Below, piece after piece: positions 59,151 through 64,000 of a stretch of DNA of 64,000 nt. Numbering within the stretch: position 1 is the stretch's first letter; every line of letters starts with the position of its first letter. The position numbers were made by a program, and so were the translations under genes. The notes under the pieces were generated by a model. That model searched no databases. It saw nothing but the letters and a program-made list of their open reading frames with translations, and was not told where the DNA came from. The stretch covers positions 10,480,001-10,544,000 of the forward strand of contig CM052816.1 of the NCBI GenBank assembly GCA_028534125.1, given 5' to 3'. The DNA is from Lama glama (Eukaryota).

Positions 59151-61878
59151 ATTGACCCAACCAACTGCCCGTCAACATCCCAAACTGCAGGAAACAAGCA
59201 CACATGGAAACCCAAACCAGATCACCTCTCTCTTCTCCACTAGAGGCCTGTCCAAAGTTGAAAGAGGAAACCAAAGAAAGCTATCTGTGGAATTTTTCCT
59301 TTGCACTGATTAGGGAGTAAAGTAAACGAGGTATTTTTCCTTTATCCTTTTATCTGTAGAAACCTTCTGAAATTGGTTAGATCACCCCTCAGTAGATAAG
59401 TGCCTAAAATTAACCAAATGAAGAAAAAATTAAAATCATTGGGCTTAATCATTTTAAGTAAAATTGGGAACAAAATGAAAATGCTCACTATTATTTATTT
59501 AGCATCACTTTGAATGTGTTTTCTAGTGCAGACAGAATAACACAGAAACAATGGCTCTAAATGTTGAGAAAAATTTCCTGGCATGGTACAAGGTACGGTT
59601 GTCATTAAAATAATCAGTAGCCAGATAAATAAATATACAAAACCCAATAACTTTCATGTTAGAAGTAACCAAAAAAAAAAAAAACTTAAAAAATCCCGTT
59701 TATAATGATAAGAACAACAAAAAATAATGAGGGATAATCCTAATAAATGTATGGGCTATATTTGAATACAACTACATTAACTGTAGAAGACATTAAGAGT
59801 GAGCTGAAGTGTTTTGAGGTCAGAAATTTACTTTAAAATGTGTCAAAAATGAGATGGTTTGATGATAGGTAGGGGTTAGATGAGTGAAAGCAAGTATAAT
59901 GTAAGGTTAACGGCCTGGGGAGGGGGTAGATGGATGTTTACTGTAAAGTTCTTTCAACTTCTGTGCTTTGAAAATTGTTATCATATTGGGAAACAAAACC
60001 TGATTTCGATTAGTGTTTAAATGTAGTAACAGCATTCCAGTCTCTGTCACTGTCATTGTTGACTTACCATTCTGTGCCTCAGTTTCACAGTGTAGAACTG
60101 GAGAATATTAACTACCGTCTGAGCCAGGAGTGTAAACTCTGCGACTACATGTGACACTCCAGGATCTGCTATACACTGACAATAAATGTCTTAAAGCCAC
60201 TCAGTACGTTTTTACTTAAGAGAATTATAGGTTGTGGTAGAATAATTATCATAGATCCTTCAAGGCAACTCACCTCTTTTGTTTGATCTCTCAATTGGGG
60301 ATAACAGCGTATACTCTGTGTCTGTGGGAGGAGGTGAGCTCCATGTCATCCTGGGCCGCCATCTTGATCTCCGCCCTGCCTGTATCTACATTTTAGGCTT
60401 TGTAAAAGTCAAATGTGCCTGGGTTTTTTAAAAAAAAATGCAGCTATGTAAATTCCAATGAATGAGAGATGGGAGAGACCAAGTTTCCTTAACTCTCTGT
60501 CCGGGAGACATTGATGTATATGTGCACACCAGAAGGGCACTACCCTCTCTTCCAGAGGAGGAAAAGATTATGCAAAAGTATGCTGATCAGGACAGCAAGG
60601 TTCTACCTAAGTCCTCTTTTCTTTAGGAGGTTAGTGTCACAGCAGGGACTTGCTGAGAAAGGGATAAGTTTCCTCTCCTGCATTTCCAGCGAGAAACAGT
60701 CATTCTGAGGAACAGCAATCTCTAACCATCTTTCCTTTGAGATCCTGGTTATCTACTTCTCCTGCGGTAAGGTCAGTGTGGCCATAGGCAGCCCTGATGA
60801 GGAGGGGAATGTAATCTCCTTCTCACTTAAAGGCACTAAAATCCACAATATCACCAAGGAAGTTACCTGTTGATGCAATTTAGCATCCAGTCCTTTAACA
60901 TCTATTCTCCAACAGTCACATCCATAAAGATTTTTTCTTGTAAAAAATCTTGTGGGTGGGCCACTTATTTGCAAGTGGTTGATCAGTTCATCAGATTGGA
61001 TATAAGACATGGCAGCAGGTACCTCAGTCCCATGGATTTACCAAGTGGGAATTAACAAAGCTTTCTAAGGCTATGGAAGCTTTCAAGAGTTTCATTCAAG
61101 GATGGCCAACTTGACCAGTGAAGGAAAAGAAATGTATCATTGTATATACAAAGCTAGCCAATTCTGTTCCTGTAAATGATACTGCCTTAAAGCATCAATT
61201 GTACTAAATTAACTTTACATGTGCTTATATCATCCATCTGTTTTAATTTCACTATAGGTTTCTTAAAGGAACAATGTTACTTTTGACCATAACAGATTAA
61301 AAAGTAACAGTGATATTTTTTCTCTTCTTCCCACTACAAAGGCTGCAAATCACAATTATGTGTATGGCTTTTGGACAAAGCAGTCATTTTTAGTTTAAAA
61401 ACAGGGCCAACATCTATACCTAACATGTACTCTCAGAACAGAAGCTGACTGATGGCTAGACATAGAGTGAGTTTACCTGAGACACCAAGACTTTTCATAT
61501 TCCAGGGATTCAGAGGAGAAGATGGCCCAGTGAAAGTTCTAGTGTAGATAACACTTCACTCTCAAATATTTTTTCAAAATTTATTGATTTTTCTTCATGA
61601 TAATAAACTTCATTTTAATATCTGCTCTTAATAATTGGGATGTTTACAAACTCTAGCATTCATTATTCATTTAGTTATTTATTTTGCAAACATTTATTGA
61701 TTGCTGCATACACTAAGCACTGTGCCAAGAAATGGGGATTTTAAAATGCATAAGACATCACTCCTATCCCCAAGGAGCTTATATTCCAGTTGGGGAGATG
61801 ACACATAAATAGTTCATTATAATAAAATATGAGACTTGTAAATTTCATGTGGCATTTTATACATTTTAAAATGTTATG

Positions 61879-62003
61879 TGGGGAGAGGAGGGTATAGCTT
61901 AGTGGTAGAGCACATGCTTAGTGTATACAAGGTCCTGGATTCAATCTCCAATACCTCCATTAAAAAAAAGAAGAAGAAAGAATTAAAAATAAACAAAATA
62001 AAA
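61879..62003 (+). mobile_element. tRNA-Ala-derived SINE (camelid Vic-1-like)
   Basis: gggtatagcttagtggtagagcacatgcttagtgtatacaaggtcctggattcaatctccaatacctcca plus A-rich tail; short flanking repeat atgttat. Confidence 0.9.
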
Positions 62004-62549
62004 TATGTTATAAGGCAGCCAAGAAAGCAATTTCGTCTCATTTTATAAATTTATAACACCCTGAGGCTGCAGTTATGACTTCCCCAAAGTCACACAGCTA
62101 GTTAAGCTAAAACTGGAATCAAAACTCAGGCCTTTTCTTTGCTAACCCAGGCCTTTTTCTGTCAAAGCCTACTGTCTATATTTAGTGATTATGCTTATTG
62201 CTTTAGTTAACTTTGAATATCTACTTTATGCTTAAAAAGGAAGCCAAATCACTTCTGCTTCAAGAAAAAAGCTGACTTTCCTAATTGCAAACTTAACCAA
62301 GTACTAGAGTATACATGCCTTGTGCATAGATCATTACCAATTAAAATTTGTAGAAGCAGCTGATGTAGCTAATCTTGCAGGAAGTAATGTGGCAAAAATT
62401 AAAGCTTCCCTGCTCTGCATGTTCACATATATGCCTAGAAACGTAGCCAGTTTGTCTTGAAAGAGAAGATCCCACAGGATTTCTTATGTACTCAACGCTC
62501 TTATGAGTACATCCCCAGGGTAGAAACCTTCTGGGTTCAATCTTTAGAT

Positions 62550-62771
62550 CTGAGGTTGGCAAGCGAAATCCTTCAGACCAAATCCCGCCCACCTCAACTT
62601 CTATAAACAAAGCTTTATTGCAGACAGCCATGTCCATTTGTGTATAAATTGCCGATGGCTGCTTTCATGCTTAAACAGCAGAGCTGAGTAATTGTGATAG
62701 AAGTCACATAGCCCGCAAAGCCGGAAATACTTACCATCTGGCCCAATACAGAAAAACTTTGTTAAGCCCTG
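62550..62771. mobile_element. hAT-Charlie MITE (MER58A-like), full length
   Basis: Degenerate TIRs ctgaggttggcaag / tttgttaagccctg, internal tttattg...cagccat...ggctgctttc...tatctggccc-like motifs, 8-bp hAT-type TSD ctttagat / ctctagaa. Confidence 0.88.
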
Positions 62772-63130
62772 CTCTAGAATAAAAAGTTTTTTCCACGTTC
62801 ACACTGTACAGATGAGTGTAAACTGGTGCATACTTTCTAGAAAGCGATTTGATCATCTTTATTAAGAAAATAAAAATGTACGTGGTCTTTAATGCAATAA
62901 CTTCCGTTCCACAACGCCCTGGTTGACCGGTGATAGGTGATGTAATTATCACTTAGAACTTCCTGCATGCTAGGCATGGTACTAAGCTCTTTACTGGCAC
63001 AATTTCATTTTAGTCTCCCATTTTAGTATACCAATGAGAAAACTCAGTTTTAAAGAGTTTAGTTTCCCAAGGTCACATCATTAGTAAATTAGAGTATTTT
63101 GGCACCCTGATTTCAAAGCCAATTGATCTT

Positions 63131-63813
63131 TTTTTTTTAATTGAAGAGTAGTCGATTGACAATGTTTTGTTAGTTCCTGGTGTACAGCATGGTGATTTAG
63201 TCTCACACACACACACACACACGCATATATTCTTTTTCATTATAGGCTACTATAAGATATTGAATATAGTTTCCTGTGCTATACAGTAGGACCTTCTTGT
63301 TTATCTATTTTATATATAGTAGTGTGTGTGTGCAAATCCCAAATTCCCAATTTATTCCCCCCTCCCTTCCCTCCAGGTAACTGACAGTTTGTTTTCTATG
63401 TCTGTGAGTCTGTTTTTGTTTTGTCAATAAGTTCATTTGTATCACTTTTTAGATTCCACATATAAGTGATATCATATGGTATTTGTCTTCCTCTTTCTGG
63501 CTTACTTTACTTACTATGATAATCTCTAGGTCCATCCATGTTGCTGCAAATGGCATTATTTCATTCCTTTTTATGCCTGAGTAGTATTCCATTGTGTATG
63601 TGTCACAACTTCTTTATCTAATCATCTGTTGATGGACATTTAGGTTGCTTGCATGTCTTGGCTATTGTAAATAGTGCTACTATTAACATTGGGGTGCATT
63701 TATCTTGTCAAATTAGAGTTTTCTCCAGATATATGCCCAGGAGTGGGATTGCTGAATCGTATAGTAACTATTTCTAGTTTTTAAAAGAATTATCATACTG
63801 TTCTGCATAGTGT
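63131..63813 (-). mobile_element. L1 3' end (683 bp) with perfect 16-bp TSD, inserted in a MIR
   Basis: TSD aaagccaattgatctt at 63115-63130 and 63814-63829; T-tail and reversed L1 3' UTR; MIR-like sequence at about 62940-63120. Confidence 0.95.
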
Positions 63814-63871
63814 AAAGCCAATTGATCTTAAACACTGTTTGTCACTGTCTATGGGTAAAAAAGAAGAGGTT

Positions 63872-64000
63872 TAATGATTATCCATTGCTATGTAACTAAC
63901 AAGCCTGTATTCAGTGGTATAAATAACCATTTTATTGTGCTAATAATAACTTTATGGTTTGGGAGTGTGGGCAGAGTACAGTGGAAATGGCTCATCTCTG
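63872..64000 (-). mobile_element. MaLR LTR (MLT1-like), truncated by the window edge
   Basis: ttatccattgctatgtaac...tcagtggtataaataaccattttatt...tgggcagagtacagtggaaatggctcatctctg. Confidence 0.7.

Noticed and set aside
1..64000. CRISPR array, prokaryotic or viral operon, or other novel multi-gene system
   Set aside because: No regularly spaced repeat-spacer array, no gene-dense region and no intact retroviral or transposase ORFs; the content is ordinary mammalian intronic and intergenic DNA.

Overview
Mammalian genomic DNA, most likely camelid: it carries tRNA-Ala-derived Vic-1-type SINEs, and I recognised no Alu, B1/B2, Bov-tA or PRE-1 elements. The only protein-coding gene I can support is the 5' end of STK32A (YANK1 Ser/Thr kinase) on the minus strand. 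It has a CpG-island promoter and non-coding first exon at about 13.0-13.6 kb and a first coding exon at 9166-9316 (MGANTSSKPPVFDENED); the following intron runs off the left edge. From 13.6 kb to the end is repeat-rich non-coding sequence (L1, L2, MIR, MaLR/ERV LTRs, hAT-Charlie MITEs, SINEs, microsatellites) with two 500-N assembly gaps. Almost all supplied ORFs are spurious, L1-derived or gap artefacts. I found no CRISPR array, true RNA gene or new multi-gene system. The best observations are: an L1 nested inside another L1's tail with both target-site duplications (TSDs) intact; a short local duplication with template-switch hallmarks; two uORFs and two competing exon-1 donors in the STK32A leader; an L1 orientation flip at the promoter that suggests divergent transcription; a consensus CTCF core; and an orphan CpG cluster. 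Repeat families were recognised by eye, and their boundaries are approximate unless TSDs are quoted.
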